Shown: positions 1 to 9,345 of the stretch, piece after piece | Layout: each line of letters opens with the position of its first letter | How positions within the stretch are numbered: the first letter of the stretch is position 1 | From: Undibacterium sp. | GTDB taxonomy: Bacteria > Pseudomonadota > Gammaproteobacteria > Burkholderiales > Burkholderiaceae_D | Length of the DNA stretch: 64,000 bases | NCBI GenBank assembly: GCA_025352365.1 | Contig: JANXTO010000136.1 | Location: 2,010-66,009 of the forward strand | Direction: 5' to 3' | Notes under the pieces: generated by a model | What the model was told of the DNA's origin: nothing | Seen by the model: only the letters and a program-made list of their open reading frames with translations | Databases searched by the model: none | Position numbers and translations under genes: made by a program

Positions 1-1224
1 ATCGGTGGTCGCTATCTAATCAGACCCATCATGCGCATTATCGCCAAAACCGGGATGCGCGAAATCTTCACTGCCTTTGCTTTACTCCTAGTGATCTCGA
101 TTGCGCTGCTGATGGAATCAGTCAATATGTCGATGGCACTTGGCACTTTTTTAGCGGGCGTGTTGCTGGCAGAATCTGAGTATCGGCATGCGCTCGAAAG
201 CGATCTTGAGCCATTCAAAGGTTTGTTGCTTGGCTTGTTTTTTATTGCCGTAGGTATGTCTGTCGATTTTGGATTATTTTTAAGCAAGCCGCTACAAATT
301 ATCGGTCTGGTCTTGGTATTTTTATTCTTGAAGATGTCAGTGCTGTACTTTCTTAGCGTGCGCTTTTCGATTCCCAAAGTGCAACGTTCTTTGTTCACTT
401 TTTTGTTGGCGCAAGGCGGCGAATTTGCCTTTGTCGTGTTTGCCACCGCGACTAGCGCCAAAGTATTTTCCGCTGAAACCTCCGCCCTACTGGTCGTCGT
501 GGTTGCCTTGTCGATGGTAGCGACACCGCTGTTGCTCGTGATTTACGATAAGTGGATAGAACCGCATTTACGCAACTTGTCAAAACCACCGGACGACGAA
601 ATCACCTCGCAAGACAATCCGGTCATCATTGCCGGATTTGGACGCTTTGGACAAATCATCGGGCGTTTGCTGTATGCCAACCGGATTACGTCCACTGTTC
701 TGGATCACGATCCTGACCAGATCGAATTGCTACGCAAATTTGGTTTTAAAATTTTTTACGGTGACGCCACTCGCGCTGATTTATTACTGTCTGCGGGTGC
801 AGATAAAGCCAAAGTCCTGGTGATTGCGATTGATGATGTGGAAGATAGTCTGGCACTGGTTGATATCGCCAAAGAACATTTTCCGAACCTGAGTATTATT
901 GCCAGAGCCCGTAATGTCGGGCATTGTTACCAGCTAATGGACAGAGGCGTAACGATTTTTGAACGGGAAACCTTTGAGGCATCATTGCAATTAGGTCGGC
1001 AAGTGCTAGAGCATCTTGGTTTTGGCGTGTATCAGGCACGGCAAACAGCAATGCGATTCCGCTCGCACAATATTAAAACGATCCATGCGGTTTATCCGCA
1101 CTACAAAGATCAACAGCAAGTCGTATCGATTGCCAAACAAGCGCGGGATGAGCTGGAGGAAATGTTTAACCGCGACAAGGAAGCGCGTGAGGCGGCGCAT
1201 AAAAGCGGTTGGGATGCGTCCTGA
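1..1224 (+). CDS. CPA2-family K+/H+ antiporter, C-terminal part (KefB/KefC-like); 5' end outside window
   Basis: The frame is open from base 1; the ORF track starts at internal Met 31. TM helices are followed by the KTN/RCK-N Rossmann motif IIAGFGRFGQIIG and a KefC-like tail. Confidence 0.85.
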   Translation: MGGRYLIRPIMRIIAKTGMREIFTAFALLLVISIALLMESVNMSMALGTFLAGVLLAESEYRHALESDLEPFKGLLLGLFFIAVGMSVDFGLFLSKPLQIIGLVLVFLFLKMSVLYFLSVRFSIPKVQRSLFTFLLAQGGEFAFVVFATATSAKVFSAETSALLVVVVALSMVATPLLLVIYDKWIEPHLRNLSKPPDDEITSQDNPVIIAGFGRFGQIIGRLLYANRITSTVLDHDPDQIELLRKFGFKIFYGDATRADLLLSAGADKAKVLVIAIDDVEDSLALVDIAKEHFPNLSIIARARNVGHCYQLMDRGVTIFERETFEASLQLGRQVLEHLGFGVYQARQTAMRFRSHNIKTIHAVYPHYKDQQQVVSIAKQARDELEEMFNRDKEAREAAHKSGWDAS

Positions 1225-1261
1225 GTTTGACAGAAATCGTATGCTGTATAATCCGAAACTT

Positions 1262-1480
1262 ATTTCATTGGGGAGTAGCCTGCTTCAGCGTTTTGTCAGC
1301 AATTTGCTTAACAACGCAGAAGAAAACGCATCAACATACTTGACAACCGTCATGGTGCGTTTGGCCTTGGTAAGTAGGAGCATGAGCTTGGTTATTGGTT
1401 GAACTGTTAGTTGAATTATTAGTTCAGCCTTAGCTGCATAAGCTAATCCGTATTTACAAAGATTGGGCAAGACCTTTGAT
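1262..1480 (+). promoter_or_regulatory. Candidate yybP-ykoY (Mn2+) riboswitch aptamer in the leader of the UPF0016 gene
   Basis: The leader contains GGGGAGTAGCC (1270-1280), TTGACA (1340-1345) and GGGCAAGACCTTTG (1465-1478). These match the conserved blocks I recall for the aptamer (GGGGAGUAG ... UUGACA ... GCAAGACCUUU). The flanks TCATTGG/CCTTTGA can form an imperfect P1. It is longer than typical aptamers and was not checked with a covariance model. Confidence 0.5.
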
Positions 1481-1482
1481 AT

Positions 1483-1536
1483 ATGCACCTTACTTACCTA
1501 GGATTGGGCGAGAGGTGCATTTATCATTGGTTTTTA
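1483..1536 (+). terminator. Intrinsic terminator / expression platform between the candidate aptamer and the UPF0016 start
   Basis: An 8-bp stem, ATGCACCT (1483-1490) with AGGTGCAT (1513-1520), is followed by the T-rich TTATCATTGGTTTTTATC. Confidence 0.55.
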
Positions 1537-1558
1537 TCTCGCCTGATCCGCACATCTC

Positions 1559-2131
1559 ATGGAAGCTTTCTTCGTCTCTGCCCTTGCCATCACCATTGGT
1601 GAAATTGGCGACAAAACTCAATTACTCGCGCTGCTTCTGGCCGCTCGCTATAAGAAACCCATCCCCATTATTTTAGGGATTTTAGTCGCAACATTGGCGA
1701 ATCATGCTCTGGCTGGTTTGTTAGGGCAATGGGTTGCCAGCCACGTCTCCCCTACCATTTTGCGCTGGGCATTGGGCTTATCGTTTCTGGCAATTGCGGC
1801 CTGGACGCTGAAGCCAGACGAGATGGAAGAGAGTACCGTTACCGAAGGTCGTTATGGTGTTTTTATAGTGACCTGCATCACATTTTTTCTGGCAGAAATC
1901 GGCGACAAAACGCAACTTGCAACGGTCGCCTTAGCTGCCAAATACAGCAATCTTGGTCTGGTCGTTGCGGGTAGTACCTTGGGTATGTTGATAGCCGATG
2001 TGCCTGCGGTGTTCCTAGGCAAAGTCGCCTCACCCAATTTCCCGTTTAAGCTGGTACGTTGGATCGCAGCCGCTATTTTTGCAATACTGGGGATCGTCGT
2101 TTTGACAGGACTCGGCAATCAATTTTTTTGA
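1559..2131 (+). CDS. UPF0016 (GDT1/TMEM165) family membrane protein, putative Mn2+/Ca2+ transporter
   Basis: The signature E-x-G-D-K-T motif occurs twice (GEIGDKTQLLAL and AEIGDKTQLAT) in a 190-aa six-TM-like protein. Confidence 0.88.
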   Translation: MEAFFVSALAITIGEIGDKTQLLALLLAARYKKPIPIILGILVATLANHALAGLLGQWVASHVSPTILRWALGLSFLAIAAWTLKPDEMEESTVTEGRYGVFIVTCITFFLAEIGDKTQLATVALAAKYSNLGLVVAGSTLGMLIADVPAVFLGKVASPNFPFKLVRWIAAAIFAILGIVVLTGLGNQFF

Positions 2132-2155
2132 ATTTTTAGAGTAGATCAGATCGAC

Positions 2156-2965
2156 ATGACGACATTTAGCTTACCCGCAGGAACACTGGTCAAATACGGC
2201 ACTGTCTCCACCCAGCTGTATCCGATTTTGCGTAACGGCATTCACGCTAGCAGCACCCGCCAAAGCTTGCATACCGGAGCTGAACAAGCTCATGTCGAAA
2301 ACGGCATCTACGTCGGCGAACTAATGGCCTACTTCGCCGCCTGCATCGCCTTCCGTCAAACCACCAGTGAATTGCATGCGGCACATGAAGCAACGCTGGG
2401 CACCTTTGTCCAAGCATTGCAAGAAGCACGCGGAGAAAAACCAAAGATGCCAGAACTGGAAGATATCGCCGTGCAAGCTGGTTTGCCAGTGGTGTTGGAA
2501 ATCGAGTTGGGTGAAGCCTGCGTGCTGCATGCCGACCAACAATTTATTGAAGCCGACAATGCGGAAAAGAGCTGGAAGCTCTGGCGCAGTGTCGCGATTG
2601 CCCGCGATGGCGGCATTCCGGCAAGCTGGGTCAAACGCTTCTATTTTCCGCGTTTGCTGGATTATCGGGATGTGGGCAGTTCACGTAACCCTAAGATGCT
2701 GGAGCAAACAACCGACAGCGCATTGATGGTCGGCGGCTTGATGCAGTACTGGCATAAAGATACGCCCGGTGATTTATTGCTGGCATTTAAACAGCAATAC
2801 AAGCGCACCAATTTCTCGCAAACCAGTAATTTTGATGACACCGCGCTGGAACGTTTTTTCAATCTCAACGCCATGCTTGATCCAGCAACGCGTTTGCTGA
2901 ATCAAATGAGCATCTGGCAAGACATTGATGCGCTGGCCAAGAAGCAAGAAATTCCACTGGACTAA
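2156..2965 (+). CDS. Hypothetical protein (269 aa), no family recognised
   Basis: A long ORF begins 24 bp after the UPF0016 gene on the same strand. It has no TM segment or signal peptide and no motif I recognise. Confidence 0.55.
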   Translation: MTTFSLPAGTLVKYGTVSTQLYPILRNGIHASSTRQSLHTGAEQAHVENGIYVGELMAYFAACIAFRQTTSELHAAHEATLGTFVQALQEARGEKPKMPELEDIAVQAGLPVVLEIELGEACVLHADQQFIEADNAEKSWKLWRSVAIARDGGIPASWVKRFYFPRLLDYRDVGSSRNPKMLEQTTDSALMVGGLMQYWHKDTPGDLLLAFKQQYKRTNFSQTSNFDDTALERFFNLNAMLDPATRLLNQMSIWQDIDALAKKQEIPLD

Positions 2966-3013
2966 GCTGAGCGAAATCGCGCGTGTGTATTGAAAGGAAT
3001 AAGGGGATTATTT

Positions 3014-3100
3014 AATATACTCCCCTTTATTTTATTAAAATATGCCCTATTGACCAATTATTATATGGACACCTAATACATACCCACCCAGAGTATATAA
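3014..3100 (-). repeat. Copy 1 of the ~85-bp structured intergenic repeat (consensus reads on the minus strand)
   Basis: ATATACTCCCC (3015-3025), core TTGACCAATTATTATATGGACA, and terminal GAGTATATAA (3091-3100). It lies between convergent gene ends. Confidence 0.8.
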
Positions 3101-3150
3101 TATATTATCTATGCCAATCAGTCACAAACCAAAGTGAATTGAGTCGCAAT

Positions 3151-3798
3151 TTAAGTACCCGGACTGCGCTTCACAAAAAATAACGCAGCACCAATCGCCA
3201 TTAAAATCCCACCGAAAAAGCGATTCTGCTTTTTCACTAAACGTGGATCGCGGAAATAGCGTTGCATCGATGACGCTGCCCATGCATAGCTATGCATCAC
3301 CACCAAATCTACAGCGCACATCGTCATCCCCAATATCAATAACTGTGGCAACAAGGGCGCGTCGTGGCTAATAAATTGCGGCAACACCGCCACCATAAAA
3401 ATGATCCCTTTTGGGTTCGTAGCATTGGTCAAAAATCCAATTAAAAATCGCTTACGCAAATCCGGTGCCATCGACGCTTGCGATGCCAAAGCACCTTCAT
3501 TCGCGCTGACATCGACTTTGGCACGCCATTGGCTAATGCCTAAATAAATCAAATACAAAGCACCGATGATTTTGACAGCGCTGAAAGCAAATTCGGACGC
3601 CATCAAGATAGATCCTACGCCAGCACCGGCAATCGTAAACACCAATAGCAAACCGGCTTGCAAACCCATGATGGTGCCGCTCGTTTTTTTAACGCCATAA
3701 TTTAAGCCATGCGCCATCGAGAGCACGGCACCAGAGCCCGGGGAAATCGCAATCAAACACGCTGCGAAAAAAAAGGTAAGCCAGAGGGTAAACGTCAT
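3151..3798 (-). CDS. LysE/RhtB-family amino-acid exporter
   Basis: The N-terminus MTFTLWLTFFFAACLIAISPGSGAV is typical of LysE/RhtB, in a ~215-aa six-TM protein. I chose the start at the internal ATG (3798) rather than the ORF-track start (3846). Confidence 0.8.
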   Translation of the reverse strand: MTFTLWLTFFFAACLIAISPGSGAVLSMAHGLNYGVKKTSGTIMGLQAGLLLVFTIAGAGVGSILMASEFAFSAVKIIGALYLIYLGISQWRAKVDVSANEGALASQASMAPDLRKRFLIGFLTNATNPKGIIFMVAVLPQFISHDAPLLPQLLILGMTMCAVDLVVMHSYAWAASSMQRYFRDPRLVKKQNRFFGGILMAIGAALFFVKRSPGT

Positions 3799-3958
3799 GA
3801 TGAGTCCGTAAGTATTTTGAGCAAGAGCGAATAAGCCAGGCAGCAAGTTTGCTGGGGGTCTATTTTAATCTGTGGAAGAAATTCGAGGACAAGCGCATCA
3901 CAAAATAAGAGAAATAAAATTTTTTCGCTTACTTATTTTGCTATTGGACTGGCTTTAC

Positions 3959-5524
3959 TTAGCCACGCATCATGGCGGCTAATAATTGACTCTTTAAGGT
4001 TTTAATCAATGCAGTTTCGTCAGGAGGAACACCCTCTTCTGCCGCAATTGCACGGTCTGCATAAAAAAATCCCAATGATTTTTTCTGGATGACGAGCGGT
4101 AATACAATAAAGCTCAGGGCATCTGGTAACAGCGCACGATGCCAGCTTGGGAGCAGTTTTTGTATCTTCGGAGCGGTCGCATCAGAGATCATCAAATCCG
4201 CATTATTGGTCATGGCCAAATGAAACACGTCTTGCTCTACTTTCATCGGGAATACAAAGCCTCGCTGTCGCTCTGCATATAGTTCGCCAACTGACACACG
4301 TGCCATAAAGCTGGAAGTGGACGGGTCTCGCAAACAAACCGTGGCGAAGCGAAAACCCATGCTGCTGTACAAGGTCTCCAGCACCAGCAATATCATGTCA
4401 TTGAGTTTGATTTGATCAGACGCCAGCATTTGCGTAACGTCTTGTACGCCTGCCAGCAAGAGGTCACGTGCATTGCGTGGCTTGCCGCTAGCGTAGCGTT
4501 CAGCCTGCTGCATTTGATCTGCATTAAAACTTTTTAGCAAAAATTCGCTAGGGAATTCGCCATCGGCAGACAGTGCGTCATCCGTGTCACCAGCAGCAGG
4601 CAGAGCGATGTCCATACTCTCTGCTAGTTGTCTGGTTTCTTGCGTTACTCGCGCCACCATTTCTTCCAGCTTGGCTTGATCGAGCTCTAAGACTTTGCCA
4701 AATTTTTGCAGTAAAGGTTTACAGCGTGCGCTCAGATTATCTGTGCCTGTGGTGAGTACCAGACTGGCTACGCCGTCGCTAAAGGTGGAGACTTGCTTAA
4801 GCCACTCGTTACGGTGGCTGGCTTTTTTTTGTTCACCGGCGGGTAATGCCCCCAGTGATTGAATAATGGTGTCGGGAATTTTCCAATCCTGCAATGCCAT
4901 CTCGCCAAAACGGTCATAACTGCAACCTAACAACAAGCTGGAGGCATCGGCAGCATTCGCCTGCCCGCTTGTTTGCATGGCCTGTATGCGTCCGTATAAA
5001 ACATGATCAAACGAGGCGACTAGAACCCGTCCAATATTTTTAAACAAAGCGGCAACGGCGGCTTCTTCTGCATCTTGATAATGACTACGCTGCGCTAGTT
5101 CACGTCCGACGATACTAGCGCAAAGCGCATGTACCAGCTCTTTGCGGACACTTTGCGCATGTTTTTTATCTTTAAAACAATCCACCAGCAACATCGCCAA
5201 TGCTCCGGTTTTTACCGTGTCAAACCCGAGCAAAAAAATCGCTCTTGAAATCGTAGTGACTGGGACGGTAGCCCGGGTGCGGTAATGAATGGTGTTTGAT
5301 AAACGCAATATTTTTTGCGTCAGTGCTACGTCAGCCAAAACAAAATGTGCCAGCTTGGCAATCGAATCTTCGCCAGAAGAAGTGATCTCCACCACCTTGG
5401 ATACGACTGCGCCCAAGGTCGGCAAAGTGGCATCTTCTGCAATTTTTCTGAGCAAGCGATCACGCGCAATTTCTGGCGCATTCTGCTCTAAATTAACGGA
5501 GGTATCGATAGGCATAGATAACAA
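3959..5524 (-). CDS. HDOD-domain signalling protein with a C-terminal GAF-like domain
   Basis: The N-terminal part has an HDOD-like pattern (LPTLGAVVSKVVEITSS...LAHFVLADVALTQKILRLSN). The C-terminal ~160 aa resembles GAF (ATVCLRD...LVLPLVIQKKSLGFFYADR). Confidence 0.7.
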   Translation of the reverse strand: MLSMPIDTSVNLEQNAPEIARDRLLRKIAEDATLPTLGAVVSKVVEITSSGEDSIAKLAHFVLADVALTQKILRLSNTIHYRTRATVPVTTISRAIFLLGFDTVKTGALAMLLVDCFKDKKHAQSVRKELVHALCASIVGRELAQRSHYQDAEEAAVAALFKNIGRVLVASFDHVLYGRIQAMQTSGQANAADASSLLLGCSYDRFGEMALQDWKIPDTIIQSLGALPAGEQKKASHRNEWLKQVSTFSDGVASLVLTTGTDNLSARCKPLLQKFGKVLELDQAKLEEMVARVTQETRQLAESMDIALPAAGDTDDALSADGEFPSEFLLKSFNADQMQQAERYASGKPRNARDLLLAGVQDVTQMLASDQIKLNDMILLVLETLYSSMGFRFATVCLRDPSTSSFMARVSVGELYAERQRGFVFPMKVEQDVFHLAMTNNADLMISDATAPKIQKLLPSWHRALLPDALSFIVLPLVIQKKSLGFFYADRAIAAEEGVPPDETALIKTLKSQLLAAMMRG

Positions 5525-5669
5525 TAAGTAGGTACGCTGGCGATTGGCTTGCTCGTTTTAGATCGTACTTTGGTTGTGCTTTGTTTTGCTTTGATTATGC
5601 GTCATTTGATTACTACGCCAAACTCAACGCGTCCTACTTTGCTTCTCTTTTTATTCTTAATTTATGTAT

Positions 5670-7304
5670 CTATTTCACTTTTCTTACTGCGGTAATACCA
5701 TATTTCTTTTGAAGCTCATCATACAAACCCTGAATCGCTTTGAGTCGTGGGTTCATCGGATCCAGGCGACGCGCAGATTCAATTAAATGTTTGGCCTGCT
5801 CCCCGATCTGATTGTCCCAACCCAGATTCTCCAGACACTTCAGCGCTGCCAATGCCGCGTTCATCACGACTTGCGGATTATCCGGCGATTTACGAGCGGC
5901 GGTTGTGAGTAATTCTACCGAGCCGCGGAAATCACCTTGCTTGGCTTTTCGCACACCTTGCGCTACCAAGTCCATGACTTCTTTTTGACTTTGCTGTGCC
6001 AGCTCTTTTGCCAGATGTCCTTTGCCTACGCTCTCAAATACACCGATCGCGCGGGTCATCATTTTTTGGTTAGTGGCATTGCGCATCACGTCAAGAATAA
6101 CCTCAGTGGCCTCACCCTCTTGATCATTTTCCAGACAGCTTTTGGCTAAACCTAATTTAAGATTAGTCGACAAACCTATATTTTCGCGGCTGGCGGCAAC
6201 TGCTGCGCCTAACTCATCACCGAGGCGCGCATCACCCGTAGCGGCATGGATTTTAGCGGTAGAAATCGCACGGCAGGCGGCAGTCTTTTTCAGCCCGACC
6301 ATGTTTTTTTCCATGTCGCGGATGACTGATTTGGCTTGCTCGTTATCGCCTTTTTTGACTAAGGCATCCACTAATTTGACATGGTCCTCAGGGTCACGGA
6401 ATTCTGAGAATTTGGCTTTGGCGACGACTTTTTTAAAAGTGGCTTCGGCAGTTTCTATATCCCCCGTTTCTAAGGCGATTTCACCCAGGCGACGCAAGCG
6501 ACGTACTGCGTGGGGCGATACTTCGATGGCGGTTTCCAGCACTGTCTGCGCCTCGGGTAACTCGCCGATCGCTTCGTGAGTTTTAGCCAGCCAGTCGTAG
6601 GCGTCCATGTATTTGTTATTCTCAGCAACCAGCGTTTTGAGAATATTTTCGGCCTCTTCAAAGCGCCCTTGCATAAATAAAGTTTTGGCTAAACCGAGTT
6701 TGGCCCAGGCCACGGCTTTCATTTCAAACAAAGCAGTGTAGAGCGCCTCTGCCTCGGCGTCTTCGCCCAGAACGACATGCAACTCGGCACGCCAGCGCAT
6801 GAAGTCAACGACGTATTTGGGGTAATCTCGCTCGCCGTGATGGCAGGCGGTAATTGCTTCGACCAAAGCACCTTGCTCCATCAGAGCGAAGATTTCGACA
6901 AAGGCTTTACGTTTTTCGATTGCCTTGATCACACGCTCTAGCAGCATGTCGGCGGTGAAGGGTTTTAATAAATAATCGGAAGGTGCCAGCTCTGCCGCAC
7001 TAACCACTTTGGCGTAAGCGCGCTCGGCCGTGACCATAATAAAGATGGTGGAAAGCGGTGTCAGTTTGTGGTGGCGCACGTCTTCTAATAATTGCTGACC
7101 ATCTTGGCCTACGCCAAGATCATATTCACATAAAATCAGATCAAACACTTTGGATTGGATCGTGCGGATCGCTGTACCAGCGGTCAAGGCGTGTTCAATT
7201 TTGGTAATGCCGCATAAATTGAGCATATTGTGCAAACTGACCCGCATGCCTGCATGCGGCTCAATGAGCAATGCTCTTATTTCAGCTAAATCGCTCATGG
7301 ACAC
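5670..7304 (-). CDS. Response-regulator receiver domain protein with C-terminal TPR repeats
   Basis: The N-terminal CheY-like fold has conserved Thr (IMVTAE) and Lys (LLKPF). It is followed by ~400 aa of TPR-like helical repeats. Confidence 0.75.
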   Translation of the reverse strand: MSMSDLAEIRALLIEPHAGMRVSLHNMLNLCGITKIEHALTAGTAIRTIQSKVFDLILCEYDLGVGQDGQQLLEDVRHHKLTPLSTIFIMVTAERAYAKVVSAAELAPSDYLLKPFTADMLLERVIKAIEKRKAFVEIFALMEQGALVEAITACHHGERDYPKYVVDFMRWRAELHVVLGEDAEAEALYTALFEMKAVAWAKLGLAKTLFMQGRFEEAENILKTLVAENNKYMDAYDWLAKTHEAIGELPEAQTVLETAIEVSPHAVRRLRRLGEIALETGDIETAEATFKKVVAKAKFSEFRDPEDHVKLVDALVKKGDNEQAKSVIRDMEKNMVGLKKTAACRAISTAKIHAATGDARLGDELGAAVAASRENIGLSTNLKLGLAKSCLENDQEGEATEVILDVMRNATNQKMMTRAIGVFESVGKGHLAKELAQQSQKEVMDLVAQGVRKAKQGDFRGSVELLTTAARKSPDNPQVVMNAALAALKCLENLGWDNQIGEQAKHLIESARRLDPMNPRLKAIQGLYDELQKKYGITAVRKVK

Positions 7305-7624
7305 CTTAGGTATTCGTTATTTTTATCGGGATGCTGACTTGCCGCCTGCAACTTGGATTTCGCTTGAATTTTAGTTTTAGCCTTAGTTCTAACCTCGGTT
7401 TTAAACTTAGCTTCAACCAAACTTCGTTGCTCGGGCACAACGTCTTTAAATTGACGGTCTCAATGTCTAAAACTTTAACCTATCCAAAATGGCTTTGGGC
7501 AATTTTCAAGCTAGCTTCACGCTAAAACCACATTCAACTGGTTTATGGAGGCTAACTCAGTTGCGAACTCAGTCGCTACATGAGTGACTAAGTGAATAAG
7601 CAACTAACAGTCAGACGTGTCAGC

Positions 7625-7828
7625 TTATTTGAGGAAACGTGCTAATAAGAGCACGGCCAGGGATAATAAAATGGTCGAGGCAAATGGCAGAGAGAAAACC
7701 CGACCAAATAATTTAAAGCGCACATCGCCAGGCAAACGCCCTATGCCCAGTTTTTCTAACCAAGGTAATAAGGCGCTAAAGACGATCAATGCGATAAAAA
7801 TCGTGAGTACCCAACGTATCATTGCCAA
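7625..7828 (-). CDS. DUF2905-family small membrane protein
   Basis: A 67-aa protein with two TM segments flanking the conserved LGIGRLPGDVRFKLFG motif. Confidence 0.75.
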   Translation of the reverse strand: MAMIRWVLTIFIALIVFSALLPWLEKLGIGRLPGDVRFKLFGRVFSLPFASTILLSLAVLLLARFLK

Positions 7829-7876
7829 GCCTCTGAGGTGAGGTTAGAAAATACGACTAAATTGGCGATGAATATC

Positions 7877-7960
7877 ATATACTCCCCTAATTTTTTTCTA
7901 AATACTGCTGATTGTCCAGACTTTAATTGGACGATTAAAATATACTTAATGGGAGTATAT
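7877..7960 (-). repeat. Copy 2 of the ~85-bp intergenic repeat
   Basis: ATATACTCCCC (7877-7887), core ATTGTCCAGACTTTAATTGGACGAT, and ATATACTTAATGGGAGTATAT ending at 7960. Confidence 0.8.
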
Positions 7961-8009
7961 ACGTATCGATCATTTCATCATTCTGCTTAAAGTGCGCTTT
8001 ATCGACTCT

Positions 8010-9254
8010 CTATAAGCGATGACTACGGTCGTGTCGCAATAGTCTGGCATCCAGTTCCACTCCCGTACCGACCACTAAGACTTTAAACAACTCCCCCATC
8101 TCGGCAGGCGAAATCAGCTTTTGCAGAGCGTTGGCTTTTGGCAGATACGCCATGGGGTCGCTGGCGGAGGTGCGCATAAGCAATTCACCGATGCCGGCTT
8201 CCAGCAAAAATCCCGCCTGGCTGACATAAGCTAATAATTCCAGCCCACCTGCTTGTGCTGCCAGCGCCATGCTGGTGAAATCCACATGCGCCGTAATATC
8301 TTGCAAACCCGGCAAATAAAATGGATCGGGATGCGCATGGTGCCGATAGTGACACATCAGCGTGCCTTGCGTACGTTGATCCAGATAGTATTCATGCGCA
8401 GGAAATCCATAATCAATCAGAATGGCGAGCGCGCCTTTGCCACTGAGTTCGCTCCCCTTTTTCAGCATTGCAGCCAAGCTGCGCATAAAGCCTGCGGCAA
8501 CCGGATGGAGTTCCGTCATGTATCCCAACGGAAGCTGATCAGCGCCGGGGATTTGTGCCAGCAGTTGTGACTGCAATTGTGCATCCATCTCGCGGTCAGT
8601 AAAAATCAGCTCTGGGCTCTGCTTGATTTTACTCTCTGCCGCCATTTGCTCTGGTTCCGCTTGATGGCGCACACTCACGCCGACTTCGCGCCAGCCCCGT
8701 TCTGTCCTCACCACCAAATGCACTGGCATAGCGTCCAGCACCTCGTTACCCAGCACAACGCCACAAAAAGCGTCGGGCATTTGTTGCAACCATTGCACCT
8801 GCGGGAAATTTTTCAGCAGATCTTCTTGTCTTGCTCTTAGCTCACCGGACAATTCCACGATAAAATAGCGCTCAACGGCAACCCCAGCAGCCTGACATTC
8901 TGACAAGAAGTCAAACGCCAGCCTCCCGGTACCCGCCCCGAATTCCATCACTTGCGCGCTGGTTTGCGCTAATAAAGAGGCTGCCAGTTGCGCCAAGGTC
9001 GCACCAAATAGCGCTGACATTTCTGGCGCGGTTGTAAAATCACCGTCTTTGCCTAGTTTTGCCGCACCACCGCTGTAATAACCCAGATCCGGCGCATACA
9101 AAGCCAGTTCCATATAACGAGCAAACGAGATCCAGCCTGCATTTGCGTCAATCTGTTGAATAATGTGCTGCTGTAAAGCCTCAGACGCCGCTTGGGCATC
9201 AGCGCCGGGTGCAGGTAATGTAAGTTGCTGTCGTGTGGAGTGAGATAGTCGCAT
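8010..9254 (-). CDS. Class I SAM-dependent methyltransferase, MidA/NDUFAF7 (DUF185) family
   Basis: A 414-aa protein with FTTAPE...FG, a VMEFGAGTG SAM-binding motif and a MidA-like overall pattern. Confidence 0.75.
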   Translation of the reverse strand: MRLSHSTRQQLTLPAPGADAQAASEALQQHIIQQIDANAGWISFARYMELALYAPDLGYYSGGAAKLGKDGDFTTAPEMSALFGATLAQLAASLLAQTSAQVMEFGAGTGRLAFDFLSECQAAGVAVERYFIVELSGELRARQEDLLKNFPQVQWLQQMPDAFCGVVLGNEVLDAMPVHLVVRTERGWREVGVSVRHQAEPEQMAAESKIKQSPELIFTDREMDAQLQSQLLAQIPGADQLPLGYMTELHPVAAGFMRSLAAMLKKGSELSGKGALAILIDYGFPAHEYYLDQRTQGTLMCHYRHHAHPDPFYLPGLQDITAHVDFTSMALAAQAGGLELLAYVSQAGFLLEAGIGELLMRTSASDPMAYLPKANALQKLISPAEMGELFKVLVVGTGVELDARLLRHDRSHRL

Positions 9255-9345
9255 AGCCGCATTGTATAAAAGTCGTCGCCTTCAAGGTGTAATTAAAGGT
9301 GAAATTTAAGATTAAAAAGAATCAGCCGAGTAAGAAAGTATCGCC

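Noticed and set aside
12-461. A 149-aa minus-strand ORF overlapping the KefB/C-like gene. Many similar antisense ORFs occur elsewhere, e.g. 2356-2634, 6142-6579, 12596-13033, 13212-13685, 21967-22401, 46704-47186 and 61739-62251.
   Set aside because: They lie entirely inside well-supported genes on the opposite strand or in another frame. They have low-complexity or odd composition and no recognisable motifs, so they are typical shadow ORFs.
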